DNA from: the human T2T-CHM13v2.0 reference genome, Homo sapiens
Strand: one strand, 5' to 3'
NCBI RefSeq assembly: GCF_009914755.1
Contig: NC_060932.1
Length of the DNA: 64,000 nt
Positions 27,670-42,512 of this stretch are shown one piece after another (the stretch's first letter is position 1; the number at the start of each line of letters is the position of its first letter). The translations under genes and the position numbers were made by a program. The notes below the pieces were generated by a model. It had not been told where the DNA came from. It made no database searches and saw only the letters and a program-made list of their open reading frames with translations.

Positions 27670-28240
27670 TATGTATAACACACATACAAACTGTAGCTGT
27701 ATAACAAAATGCTCCAAAATATAATGGCCTATAGCAACACATACCATCTCACAGTTTTTGCAGGCCAGAAATCTGAGCATGGCTGAGTTAGATGCTCTCA
27801 TTCAGGGTCTCTTACAACATAGTTGAGATGTCAGGTGGGTCTGTACTCATCGCAAGGCTCAAGTGGAAAAGGGTCTGCTTCTGAGCTCACCTTGCTGGCA
27901 GGATTCAGTTTGTCATAAGCCTCTGGTCAGAGGTGCTCAGCTCTTCCCTGGCTGTGGACCAGAGACCACCCAGACCATCTGTTGGCCAGAGTTCCTTGCC
28001 CACATGGGTCTCTCCATAGGGCAGCTGACAACATGGCATCCGGCTTCATCAGAGCAGGGTGTGGAGGGAACAGAGGTCACAGTCTTTTATAATTTGATCT
28101 TAGAATGGATATCCTATCGCTTGCACCATATTCTATTCATTAGTAGCTAGTCTCCAGTTTCAACCCACACACAAGGAGACTGCATAAGGGAATAAATACC
28201 AGGAGGCAGTGATCGCTGGGAGCCATTTTAGAAGCAACCT
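27670..28240 (-). mobile_element. MLT1F/G-like MaLR LTR
   Basis: tgtataacaaaatgctccaaaa...atctcacagtttttgcaggccagaaatctgagcatggc...ataaataccaggaggcagtgatcgctgggagccattttagaag. Confidence 0.7.
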
Positions 28241-29757
28241 AACCCATCTGTCGATGTAAAAACCTGTCGATTGTTGAAGGTCAAGTGCCGACCTTCCTAC
28301 TTACTAGCTGTGCAATCTTAGGCAAATTACCTAACTTTGCTAAGCCTCCACTCCCCATGGTTAACATGGAAAGTTCTCCAAGCATCAGTCTTCTTTGCCT
28401 TAATCCCTAATTAGTAATCCCTAACTATGGAAACTTGTTCTCCCCTACTACCATGTCCCAAGAACATGTGAAAGAAAAGTCCTTGCATAAGACTTTCAGT
28501 TTGGTGATACAAGTTTGCCAGGCAGTCATTCCTGGCAACACATATTTTTAAAAGGGCCCTCTTTCTGTCTCAAATATATGCTGAAGGATAATATCTCTGC
28601 ACTGGGATGCAGAACCAGTGAAAACCCAGCAGAATGGATATCCACTAAATCTGGGTCTTGCTGGCAAACTGGTGGCTCCTTGCAGCCTCATCAACTGTTC
28701 TGTGAAATCCCAGGCAGCCCATATTGGTAGCAGAATGCAAGGGAAATGGATGTCCATCAATGCTGAGAGGAAGGTGCACTGGGGCAGGGACTACATAAAA
28801 TTCCAGCGCCCCCATTCCCAGCAGCCCCTGCAGAGAATTACGGCCAAGTTGAGGGGGAACAAAACGAAGTGGGAAAATGTAGGGATAGACGCTAATGCTC
28901 TATCTGTCTGAGCTGGGAATTGTAGAGCAGCCATTCTCTCCTTAACTCTACTGTCGTCTTAGAAGGACACAAACCCAGAAAGAATCCTGTAAGGCTCATT
29001 TAGTCCAGTCCCCCTCTAACTGACCACCCAGTAGGAAATAAATGGTTTATCGTCCATAATAAGGGCACCAAATAGTATCTTCTACAGATTACATAAAGCC
29101 TGAGAATGAAGCAGATCCTGGGTACAATAGCGAAAAAGCTTTTTAGTTTCATTCATCTGTCCTGACAATTGCCACTTTTCACCAGGCCAGGGACATGAGA
29201 GCATTGAGGCTCTTTGACTCAGAGCATTCAAGAAGCTGTCATCAGAGCTGGTAATGGGAAAACAATGGGCCACTTTTAAGAACATATTTATTTCTGCTGC
29301 AAAGAACTTCTCCCCTTTTATTTTCCATTACCATCACCCCTGTTTTCTCCCTCACTAGCAGCACCCGAGCACACATTATTCCCCACTTCGTGCACTGCCC
29401 CCTGCCATCCCAGGGAGTGAGAAATTGGAAATGAAACACAACACTATATGCAGATTGGTTTTAATCACCTGGAACAGATGGTGCAGAAAGTGTCAGGTAA
29501 ATGCAATTTCAAATTTCCTTTGGATGTTTCTTAAAATGCAGAAACAACAAAGAAACTAAATGGACTGTCAAATGTCAGTGTCAGTTCTGGATTTGAACAG
29601 GCAGCCTTCACCATGTCTATACATAACCCTAATACTATCTAAATCTATTTCTCCACTTCCCTGTTAATTAACTAACATTTGATGGGCTAAATGAAAGCAA
29701 ATATACCTAGAAACAAGGCAGACATGCCTTCCTCTTTGGCTGTGGGAGAATATAAGG

Positions 29758-29803
29758 GAGCCCAGTAAATGCAACTGAGCCCAGTAAATGCATCTGAGCC
29801 CAG
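29758..29803. repeat. 19-bp tandem duplication (2.4 copies)
   Basis: gagcccagtaaatgcaact / gagcccagtaaatgcatct / gagcccag. Confidence 0.9.
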
Positions 29804-30706
29804 CTCACCTGAGCTCTGCACTATAACAGGTAATTGCAATAAATCATCCTTTGGCCCATGATCCCAGCCTAGTGAAGATTAATGGCAGTAGACACTAAAG
29901 CTGCCAACTTGGAAGATTTCCGTGGTGGTAGAGAAGAGGCTATGTGTAAGGAATGTGTGATAAAATGCTATGCTGGGACCATAATAAACGGGCTGGAAGG
30001 GAGCCGAGGTCCTCCTCTGTAATGCAGAGACATTAAGACCTGTCTGATTGTGATGACAGACAGGTATTTGACCGAGCACACTGGCAGCTATAAAAAAAAA
30101 AATAGCTAAAAGCTAATGTCAAGATGTGATGTAGACCTGCCACCTGCCATCAGGAGTAATTATGGTCTGACCACTTGCTTGTAAGGAGGGCAGAGGAAAC
30201 AATATTTTATCTGACTGCAAGGGATCGACTACATTTGATTTGCGCCCCTGATGGCATGACTGGCCCACTGTCACCCTCCATGATGAAGCAGCAGAGCCAG
30301 ACATTGGCAACTGTCCTCACTGGAGGGGATTTGAGGGCTGGCTGACTTTCACACACTCCACTTAGGAGGAAGCCAGTGAAGGGAGAAAAATTTGGTCTGA
30401 AGAGATAACTGAATACTTTGTACTCAAAGAATAAAACAGCTTCAACACATAACTAGACATGTGGACATCATCACTCCAGGAGCCCCTTCAGAAATGTGGG
30501 TCCCAGGAAAGCAGAGAGACCTGCACTGCGCAGACCAAATACATTTCAGAAAGTGGTGAGCTTGTGGACATGGAAGTGAACCTTCCCACCTTCTTGGCAA
30601 CATACTCTCAGGCATAGAAAGAGTGGTTGTCACCTCATGGGCTTTGAACCTTTGAGTGCTCTAGGAGAACCAAGAAAGGAGTTGAGAGCTCTGTTGGAAG
30701 AGACCC

Positions 30707-31427
<721 letters not shown>

Positions 31428-31850
31428 GGGCCTCTAGAAGACTCCACCATGCCAAGTGTGCATAGGAATAATACGTTCTCCGAAGTCAGGAAGGAAATGT
31501 CCAGATACTGCAGCAGTGGAGGAAGGCCAGGTCAGTAGGATGTGGAATGAGGCAGAGATCACCAGGTATGTGAAGCAGGTGATAATTCCCACAGGTATAA
31601 TGGTGCAGGTGAGGCCAGGTATGAGAGGGCACAAAACTCTGATGGAGCTCAAGGGAAAGTCGGCAACAGAATGAAGGGACTACCAGCTGGGAAGATTGAC
31701 TTTGGGGTCCCAGACAGCATCAGTGGACAACCTGGAGCTAGGCTCAGAAATGACACATAAAGACACAGGAAATCTTTCTGATGGGGAGCAGAGCATGTAA
31801 TGCCCTTTGGTCTGTCCCAGCTTAGCTCTTCTTTAGTTGACCCCTTAAAG

Positions 31851-32185
31851 CAGCAGTCAGTCTCCAACCTTTTTGGCACCAGGGACCGGTTTTGTGGATG
31901 ACCAATTTTCCATGGACCGAGTGGTGGGGATGGTTTCGGGGTGAAACTGTTCCACTCAGATCATCAGGCATTAAATTCTCATGAGGAGCGCACAGCATAG
32001 ATCCCTCACATGTTCAGTTCACAATAGGGTTCCCGCTCCTATGAGAATCTAATACCGCCGCAGGTCTGACAGGAGGCAGAGCTCAGGTGGCAATGCTCGC
32101 TGGCCACTCACCTCCTGCTGTGTGACTTAGTTCCTAACAAGCTATGGACAGGTACCAGTCTGCAGCCTGGGGCTGGGGACTTCTG
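31851..32185. mobile_element. MER1B (hAT-Charlie) DNA transposon
   Basis: ccaacctttttggcaccagggaccggtttt...agttcacaatagggttcccgctcctatgagaatctaat...ggggacttctg. Degenerate 8-bp TSD ccttaaag/tcataaaa. Confidence 0.88.
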
Positions 32186-32830
32186 TCATAAAAGACACAG
32201 GATTTGTTCCACAGGCCCTGATCCTGCACAGGGGCAGCAATTCCGCATCCATCCAGAGTGTTCAAGGTCAGCACCTCCGGCATTTTACCAGGAACATCTG
32301 ATCCCCCATGAACTGGGTAGGAAGTTCCTTCAAAATCTTAGAGTTCACTTCATGGAGTTATATGTCCTCTGGGCTCCCTGGGCAGAGAACAGAAGACTGA
32401 TACATGGATTCTTGACCAGATTTTGATAGTAGCGTTATTAATTAGAGGTGATAACACCATAGAAACATTTGCTACTCTTACCCAAGAGATAATCTAGAAA
32501 CACTAAAGTGCTAGACAGGGAGAGAAGGAATGACTTTGGAATAAAATGAAAGAAAATACTATCACCTCATAGGGTTTATTCCCTTTCCATTTCTATTAAC
32601 TATTAATAAATTTGAATAAAATATTAGATTTTCAGTTATTTTGTCTGAAATATTGTCCTGATAACTCACTAGGAAAATGAAGATATAACAGATCTTCACC
32701 TTCAAACTCTGTAACTATGACTTCTCAACAACTCTATGGTCCAGGTAAGAAAAATATGTCAAAGTGTTTTTCAGAAAATCAATGGTCCTGTTTTTTATTA
32801 ACTCATAACTTTTTGAAATGTTCTTTATGT

Positions 32831-33161
<331 letters not shown>

Positions 33162-33874
33162 TTATTGTTGCTTCTTTTGGGGTCTGAAGATGAGATTTGA
33201 GCTTAAATTATTTCAGCTGTTAAATATTCAAGAGCTGTATACATTTTCTCGTTTTGGTTTAAAAAGTTATTTTCAATAGCTCAACTAAAGCATTTCTAAC
33301 AAATATTACAGAACCTGGAACCTTGCTTGTTTATGGTACTCTGTGAAAAAGATATTCTTCTCCAGTTTGAAAGTGTCAGAGGATACTTTTATGATTGCAA
33401 ATATTATAAGGTGAGTAAGCATGTGAGTCAAGCATTTCTCTACATTTTATATATTTTCTACCCGGGGTTTGATTTATGATACACATGTGGCCTGCGACCA
33501 AACTCTTACTTCTTTGAACAGGAAATTAATAAATGTCTATTAACTTGAAAAGAAAAATCTAGGGCAAAAGTGAAAGTACTTAGCAAGATGATTCCTCCGA
33601 CCAAAAGCAATAAAAGAAAAAACACTCTTGGCATAGTAAGTCCTCCAAGTAAATTCTAATTTATGCTATTAATTCAACTTACTATCACTACATTCTAACA
33701 TTATTATTTATTAAACACCTAATATGACCTTAATAAGCTTGATAAACATAATAAACTTAATAAACACTGTCACACAACATGATTTCAAGTTTTCTTTATG
33801 ATTACCCTACAAGGTTGATAGCATTATTCCCAATTGAACGATGTAACTGAGGCTCAGAGGGTCATGTACCATGA

Positions 33875-34030
33875 CCAGGGGTGCTTCAAAAGTATGTGAT
33901 CTGTGCAGTCACACAGGCCCCTACACTAGGAAGAACGCTGTGCTTGGTTTAATGCTCTGATGCTGTCACCTTAAAATTCTTACTAAGTTTTGAACAAGAG
34001 CACATTTTGCCCCGAGTCCCACAAATCACT
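33875..34030. mobile_element. MER91A-like hAT relic
   Basis: gatctgtgcagtcacacaggccc...gcttggtttaatgctctg...aaattcttactaagttttgaacaag. Confidence 0.6.
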
Positions 34031-34644
34031 TATTAGACATTAATATTATTTTTCCTCCACTTTTTTGGAATTGTCGTTTGCAAACAAGCAGCAAATCTGC
34101 AAAAGATATTAAAATAACCAGTTCCCATCTATTCTACTGCCTCCACATATTACCCTTTGCCTCACACACTCATGTACAAATTCATACAAATGAGAGTAGT
34201 CTGTGCTTGTTATCTGGATAGAGTAAGGCTCTATGAAACACATGCTGAACAAATAAATAAAATGTCATTTATGCTTCAAAAAGGAAAAAAAGTTCTTAAA
34301 GTAATCTTATCATCTACCAAAAAAGTTTATCTGATGTTCTGCAACACAAAATAAATAAAACCAATCTGGAAATTCTGGTAAAGTTTACCAACTCTCCTCT
34401 GTCTCCAGTCTGCCTACCCACTTTCTCTTCATTTTCAAAAGTTATATGCTGGCCTTTTGGTAGAGCATGCTATGTTTTGGAACAATGTCTTATGAGGCTA
34501 TATTCTATGTTAGGAAAATCATTAGAGATCATCATTCTAGTCTCACTTCTTTCCCAATGTAGCCATCTTTCAAAATATTCCATTTACAGGGTATCCAGCC
34601 TCTACCAATATAAGTTATTTTTATTTTGTATCATCTACATAATA

Positions 34645-34726
34645 TTTCTTTCTCTTCCTCTCTCTTTTCCTCCCCTTCTTTCTCCTTCTCTCTTTCCCTC
34701 TCCCTTTCTCTCTCTTTCTCTTTCTC

Positions 34727-34761
<35 letters not shown>
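34645..34761. repeat. CT-rich tract followed by (CA)15
   Basis: Pure pyrimidine tract 34645-34731, then CA run 34732-34761. Confidence 0.95.
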
Positions 34762-34762
<1 letters not shown>

Positions 34763-37700
34763 TTCACAAATAAGCTTTCAATGCATTTTCTGTAAATTTC
34801 TAGCCTCTTATTGTCAATGGGATTTTGTGTCTGGAATTAGGACCATCACCATGAATTCACAAGCAACTAACAAGTTCCCTAAGTCAGCAACTATCAGATC
34901 TGTTGCAGAAATCCTACCAGACATGATTTCTGGAGGACAGCCAAGGGGGCTGGGAATCTGTTGTGAGTCAGCCAGACTGTTTTCACTGAGCACATCTGAT
35001 TCTACAAACACTTAAGATCATCTATCTCCTTCACCCAGAGCTTGCAACTTGCCAGCAGGAATAAATAGGGAGGCACAGGCCCCCAGCCTGAGCCTGAGGG
35101 TTATGGTTTCTGGGCAGAATCAAATCATGGGCTTTGACTTTCTTTCCTCCTGAAGGATAAAAATGATTCAGGCTGAAGCAGCTGACAAATATGGAAATCA
35201 TTAACAGACTAAACTGTACACAACAACCAAAGTATTAAGAAATATCAGTAAACAAAATAACCAGTACTTCTGATCCTCAAAGTCCCTGAACTGAGAAACA
35301 GGGCCAAGACTCTTGGCCATCCCCTGATCCAAGTCTCTCATTCTGCATGTCAAGAGGATACTGTTCAAGATTACACAATTGCTTGCAACCAAGCAAAGAC
35401 TCTATCTAGATGTCCTTCCTGCTTGCCCAGTCATCTCCCCACCAACAAATGCTGGTTCCCTCTTTCCTGCTGCTTCCCAAGACACCACTTCCTTCCTGGC
35501 CTTGTTTTCCATTCTATCTTGGCTTCTACCCACAGCCTAATTCCAGGGGTGAGAAGGACACTGCAATCTGAGCCTTCCATGGGACCCACGTGTCAAGTAC
35601 GGGGAGAGAAAGACTGTAGTTTTCCTACTGCCACTCTCCTCTTCCCTCAGCATTTTGTTTCATGTTGCCATTTTAACATTAGTAGTGGCTGCTATATTCA
35701 TACTTCCTTCCAGTTAATCTATGAATATGGAAATGAGGACCCCAGTATCGAAATAAAGACTTAGTCCACCTATCTCAGGGATAATCTATACTTCTCCACA
35801 TACTTTAAAGCTTTAGACATGCATGAGGTTACTTCATTGGTTGCCACAGTGAGTGGAAGACACTACCAGCACTTAGTGGATAGGAGCCAGGGATTCCAGG
35901 CACCTGCAATGCCCAGAACAGTTCCTTGCAGCAAATCATCCTACTCAAATTGTCAACAGCATTCCATTGAGAAACACTGCCAGAGCTGGCTACCTAAGAC
36001 AGAATCCCCTTTCTTCCTCTCTGCTGCATGCCTCAGTTGGACTGGGGAGGCAGGATAGAATAGAAAAATCATCAGAGTCCAGGCAGGGAGCTAAGCTTCC
36101 CAACACAGTACCTTCAGTGACAACTGGCCTCGGATAAGTCCTAACTACTCAAGACTATTTTTTTTTCTTGTCTCTCTCTCTCTCTCATCATAAAATGAGA
36201 ACACTAACATCTAATTGCAAGCATTACGTGAAACTGTACATAAAATCACAAAGCACCTATTAGTGTAAAAAAATGTAGAGAATTTTATTCACCACATTTC
36301 CTATGGAAGAAAATTAGAGAAGAACGGATGATGCTTCATGGGGAAGCTGCAAGAAGAGGGTATCCCAGTGGGGGCTGAAGCTTAGACTTTTAGAAGACTC
36401 AGAGCGTGTGTGTGGTTTTAGGTGTGTGGGGATAAGGAGCAGTAGAAGGGGAAAGTATCAACAAAATATCGTAAGCCATGCAATGTAATCCCAACATCTT
36501 CAAGAGAAGTACTAGAAAAACATCATACTGTGAGGTTAGGTGTCTTGCGGACACTTGCAGAGGGTAAATTTTACATCAGGACAGCTCAGAAACAGAACCT
36601 GTGTGGTGGCAGGATAAGAAAACTTGAGGTAGAAAGTGGTATTAACCAGGATGTAAAATCTGCTGACTCCAACCCAGTTCACCTGAATTTCAAAGGCATA
36701 AAGAAATGGCAGGTGACAGCCAGGTCAAGTAGGTACTGAAAAATGTTTTTAAAACTAAGGCTAGACTCTCTCATTCCCCTACCCCACTCTGAAACAGATC
36801 CTCAAACTTACAATTGGTCAGTATTTATTGAGAGCTCTCTCTATAGGTAAAACATTGCAGGGACTAAAAGGAACTTGACATCATGTTCTCAGATATGGTG
36901 GTTTAAAGAATGGGCTTTGAGGTCAAATACATCTGCATGCAGTCCGCGTCTGCCTTTTCCTAGCAGCTTAATCTCAGGTATTTCAATGTAAGTCTGACTC
37001 CCAATATTCTCATCTGCTAAATGGCAACAAAAAGAGTACCTATGTCAGAATGTGGTGAGAGGACATCAGATAATCCCTGTAAATGTGTGCTATTATTAAT
37101 GGTACCTCGTGGGGCATATGACTCCATAAATAGCTGCTAAAGTAAAAGGAACTAAAATGAATTTAAATTTCCACATTTTTGTCCCCTTTGAATTATTACA
37201 GTCATGTGCCACAGTCACCTATGATGGAGATAAATCTGAATACAGCATGAGACATGAAAGACTCATTTTGTAAGCCCATTGATTCCTTGATATATATTTT
37301 TTTTGCTGCAATCCCAACACAATATTTTTTTAGAAATGAGAAGCAGGATTCCATTAAAAGAATGTTTTGCAATCATGTAAATGCACAGAACTCTACTACT
37401 CTTAAACTACTGAAAACAGCCTCTTCCCTGAGAATTGAGAAGGCTTGGTGCTTCCACATTCCAGTCAGTGTCTGGCATAACATGGGTATTGTATTAATGT
37501 TTGCAGAATGAATACTTTGAATGGCTACTCTAGCTAGTGAGATACTTCATGCTGATGAGCCTGCTTCCTAATGTTTAGATGCTAAATGCTTTCATTCTAT
37601 TTTGTAGTAAGTATTATAGATAAGTCTAGATAAAATTAGCTGATAATGTGTGGGACTCAAATATGTTATAATATTTCCTCTTTCCTCTAATGGATAGAAT

Positions 37701-39294
37701 TATGCCATTATACCTGAATCCAGCCATTAAATTATCTTACTTGAACATAGAAATTTTCGCTTTGCATGAAGACCATAAAAAGCTAAAAGAGGAGTTGCAG
37801 CATCTCATCAAATAATGTTCTCTCAAACTCTGTGTACATACCCATAGGCTTCACCAATAGTGCTGTCCTAATGAGAAGGTGATGGTTTAAAGATGACCAG
37901 TTTTCTGCAAACAAGGCACCAAAATGTCCCCCATGCTTAGTCAATCTTTAGACTATAAGTTCAATGAGGGTAGCTGTAGACTGTGTCTATTTTGTTAATT
38001 ACTGTATCCTCAGTGGCCAGCACGATGTCTGGAAAGTAGGAGGAGCTCAATCAATATTTTTAGAGTAAATGATTCCTGAACTCCAATCTAATTATTTTGA
38101 ACAGCACCTAGGCAGTTACTCTGGGTGGGGACATGGGCCTCCTCACCAGTGTTTTAGGGGAGCTGCTGCCTAATGTCATTGTTAAGGTATTGAGCACTTC
38201 AGCCTTGGGAAAGGAACAGCAAGGACCATTTTTTAATCCCACTGCCAAGAAGCCTTGACATCTTTGAAACATGAAAAGACAGTTGCCAAACAGCGAAAAG
38301 CAGCGTGAGCACCAGGCAGAAGCTCATCTTTCTGACCAGGAATCTTAATTTACCTCAGTTGAGACTAATTTGTGGAGAGGAACTTCATTCTAACTTTCAG
38401 CCAAATTTCATACTGAAAGGATGCTGCAGGCTAGTGAGGATCCACAATGCAGAAAGTTGTTAGAGAATCATCAACATGGCTGTGCACTTTGTTGCTTATA
38501 TCACCCATGGATATCAATAATCATATGAAACAATGATGACAGTGGACATTTACAGAGCACTTACCACATGCTGGGAACTCTAAGTCCTGAATATGTATTG
38601 TTCCATGAAATACACACTAAAACACCGTGACGTAGATACTAGTATTCCCATTTCTCAGTTGCAATAACTCACCATTTAAAGAGCATAAGTGGTTCAACTG
38701 GGGTCTTACAAATGTGTTAAGAGAAGAAGTCAGGATTTAGATCCCAGCCTGCCTGTTTCCAAAGGCTCTTGATGACTAGGTGAATTTCTTGTTAAATTAA
38801 TACCTCATGACTTCTCTCCACCTTCTCTCTGAAAACTTAGATGAAAACCTTCAAGACAAATAAGAGTACATCTGGACATTGCTGTCTCTCTCTCTCTTTT
38901 TTTTTTTTTATCCATTTCTACAAGTGTTCGCATGACCTAGACTGTGAAAAGTTTCAACTGTAATGAGTGCCCAGGGCCAGTCACACAAGAATTCTCACAC
39001 AGGATAGATAGAACAAGATGGTATAACCATGTTTATAAAGTAAGAGTTTCTTTCATCAGCCATTGCTCTAATAGAGCAAATAAAGCATTTTCCATTAAAA
39101 GATCTGGCAAGTTATTATTCACTTCTCTGATTCTCATAGGTGGAAGGAGCATGGGCTTTGGACTCACAGACGTATCAGGACTCCTGGGGACCCACCAGTA
39201 ACAAAGAATGAGTGAGCTATAATTCATTCCACCCACTGCAATGGAGTCATCAGGTGTTTCTGTATTCATTCATGAAGTACAGAGATGATCTACA

Positions 39295-39503
39295 TCTGTG
39301 CTGCCCAAAACAATAGCCACTAGCGATATTTGGCTATTAAATTAATTAAATGTAAATCAAATTAAAAATTCAGTTCTTCAGTTATACTAATCACATTTCA
39401 AGCACTTGTGCATATGGCTAATGGCTACTATATTGGACAGTACAGATCTAGACCATTTCTAGAACATCCTAATCATCACAGAAAGTAACATTGGACAGCA
39501 TCG
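39295..39503. mobile_element. MER33/MER3-family (hAT-Charlie) relic
   Basis: tagccactagc...aaattaaaaattcagttcttcagt...cacatttcaag...ggctactatattggacag...atcacagaaagtaacattggacagc. Confidence 0.75.
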
Positions 39504-39633
39504 GTCTAGATTTAAAAAAAAAGCAAGAGAGAGAGCAAACTATTGGTTTTCAAACAACTCTGTTATTTAAAGGAAGAGGGGTCATATGTTTCAGTGTTAG
39601 TTTTAATTTGGGGGTTGTTGTTTTCTAATGGGT

Positions 39634-39960
39634 TATATTAGTCAGGAATCATTTGATTACAAGGGAAAAAATTGAACTCAAAAATAGCTTAAGCAAAATA
39701 GCGAATTTCTTTGTTTCTATAACTGAAAAATATAGAAATAAAGCCCAGCTGGATCAGGGGTTCAAATATATCATTAAAACAATATCTTTCCATCTCTCAG
39801 CTCTACTTTCTATGTGGCTTTCTTCTTGGGCTGGCTTTATTCATATGGGGGCAAAGATGGCTCCTGATAGACTCAAGCTCATATGGTTCTTAAAACCCAC
39901 AATCTCAAATTTGACCTTGTGTATCAGTTTCTCATTGGTTTGACCCTAATCCATATGGAA
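39634..39960 (-). mobile_element. MLT1J/K-like old MaLR LTR fragment
   Basis: tatattagtcagg...aactcaaaatagcttaagcaaaa...gctggatcaggggttcaaa...ggcaaagatggct. Confidence 0.6.
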
Positions 39961-40274
39961 ATGTTTATTAAAGTACTGCTGCTATTCATCACAGACTTCA
40001 CTATTATCCCAGCATAATAGAAGAGGCATTATCATTACGTATTGAGAAGACAACAGTTTGTGTCTGAATCCTTGTTATCAAACAGTTTGTGTTTGAATCC
40101 TTGTTATCTTCTCAATATGTAATGATAATTACAGTCCAGTCCAGACTGAAATTCCAGTCCAGACTCTCAAATTTATGAGCTGTATGACCTTTGCCACATC
40201 TAATCATTTCTCTATGCCTCGATTTTCTTATCTTAAAATGAGGATAAATAATAACGCTAATCTTACAGGGTCCG

Positions 40275-40632
40275 TTGTTTTTGTTGCTGTCGTTTTGAGA
40301 CAGGGTCTCACTCTGTCACTCAGGCTGGAGTACAATGGTACGATCTTGGCTCACTACAGCCTCCACCTCCTGGGTTTAAGTGGTCCTCCCATTTCGGCTA
40401 CCTTAATAAACATTTCCATATGGATCAGGGTCAAACCAATCAGAAACTGATATAGAAGTTCAAATTTGAGATCGTGGGTACTAAGAACCATATGAACTTG
40501 AGTCTCTCCTGAGTATCTGGGTCTACAGGCACACACCGCCACATCTAGCTAAATTTTGTATTTTTTGTAAACATGGAGTTTCACCATGTTGCCCAGGTTG
40601 GTCTTGAACTCCTGGACTCAAGCAATTTGCCC
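40275..40632 (-). mobile_element. AluJ-like element (5' end missing) carrying a 107-bp foreign insert at 40399-40505, within a MIR
   Basis: Alu text ...cctcccatttcggc | ctcctgagtatctggg... joins into the Alu consensus if 40399-40505 is removed. Confidence 0.88.
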
Positions 40633-42074
40633 CTATGAGGCCCGTTCTGAGGATAAATGGGATAATTCATACAAAGTGCTTAGCACAGTGTCAAACAAAT
40701 AGCAATCACACTATTGAGGCTAGCTATTATTGTCACTATTATTATTCTTAACCATACAAAGCAGTGCAAAATAAATATCCAATGACTAGAGAAAACACTA
40801 AGTGTTCCAGGAATTAGGAAAGTGAGCAACCGCTGCAGCCTTGTGTGTTCAAGAAGGGCTTCATGGAGAACACAAGATGTGAACAGGGTTTTGAAGCAGG
40901 GGCGCACAAGCAGAAGGGAGGGATTAGAGCCCTTCTCATCACAGCATCCAAGAAACTAATGCCTGTGTCTCTGAAGCCATGTTTCCTACAAGGGAATAGG
41001 AGGCAGGAGATGGTGCAGGCTTTTCTTTACCCATCATCTGCAAAAAACAGTTGAGAGGCAGCATGTTTTTCTTAAAATGTTAATAATAAGAGCACACCAA
41101 AACTGAATCTGAGAAGCCAGGCGTGACTCATCTGCCATTCCTGTACCCCTGAGTTCTCAGCACTGCTGGTGCCTGATGGTGATGAGGTCTTCCCAGAGGG
41201 GTGAGCCTGAGCAGACTGTACGGGAAGGCTCGGCGCATCTTCCAAATGCCTCTGTCTGTCCAGTGGGGGTGGAGGCCTCCTAACAGCTGCTGCACTGCTT
41301 TGTAAACAAGTGGGGAACATACTTCTTTAAACTGGAATCCTGCAGCTGAAAAATATGTTTACCTCTCCAAGGATTTGGTTGGAAATGCTTCAAAGATTTC
41401 TGCTTTTCCCAGAAAGCTGGAGCTCAGTATGAAGCAATGTGCTTCATCTCTGAGAACGCTGCTCTCCTTGGGTGAGAAGAACAGGATTTTCCAGCTTGAC
41501 AGTAAATAACTTTCTGACTTGGGCAAAAGGATGGGACCAGATTACCTCCAAGGTAGATGAAATGCCATTTAGCTCATGTGCAAAGTAATTGTGAAGAAAA
41601 CGCTCCCATCCAAGGTAGGGGCGGGCATTGTGCAGGAGATAGGCACATTTCCAGAGCATGTTGTGATGTTTGGATCAGTTCCAGAGACCACTGCCAAAGC
41701 CTGCCTCTGGGCAGCTGCAGCTTTCGGGGGGCCTAATCATCACCCACCCATGCCCCACTACAGCCTTGTATGTGTGCTTGTGTGTGTGTGTACACATGCG
41801 TGCACCAGCCAAAAACATTAATTAGCATGTGCTTTCTGTATTAGAGCTTAAAAGCCATCGGGGCAGCTGTTGTCTAGAAGCCAAGGAACTAAATTCAAGT
41901 CACAGCTCTGTCAATTGGCCATATGACCTCTGCCAGGTCATCTCACCCCTCTGAGCTTTGAGTTCTTCATTTGTAAAGGAAGATGATAATATCTGAACCA
42001 ATTAACTCAGGGTTTCAATGAAGATACAAATTAAAATGAGATGATGTACTGGAAAGTCTTGCAGCAACCCTAAA

Positions 42075-42235
42075 GCCCCGCTTCTCAAGGTCTGGATCAC
42101 AACCCAGCAGCGCTGACTTCCTCTGGGAGCTTGTTATAAATGCAGATTCATGGGCTCAACCTCAGACTTACTGAAATAGACCCTGCATTTTAACATGATC
42201 CTCAAGGTAATCAATATACACTTTCAAGGGACTGC
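42075..42235. mobile_element. MER5A-like DNA transposon
   Basis: cttctcaagg...gggagcttgttataaatgcagattcatgggctcaacctcagacttactgaa...ctgcattttaacatgatcctc. Confidence 0.75.
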
Positions 42236-42512
42236 TCTAAAGCACTATAAGACAGATTTAGGAAATTGTTCTAAAGCTGAACAAAGCCCAAACCACTCTG
42301 GGTTTCCAAAATTTCCACTACACAACTGCTTTCCTGAGCCAGCACTGCTTCCTTGGCAGATCGGACATTCTCAGAGAGCAGCAACACTGTCATTGATCAA
42401 TTCTCTGGGATGCCCAGCACAATAGCATTCTTATACAAGATTGATGGCACTATATATATATATGTATGTATATATTTTAAACTTTACCCTGGCTTGAAAG
42501 ACACTACACGCA

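Noticed and set aside
29758-29803. Short direct repeats as a CRISPR-like array
   Set aside because: Adjacent copies with no spacers in mammalian DNA, i.e. a simple slippage duplication. The same applies to 20109-20132 and 56039-56065.
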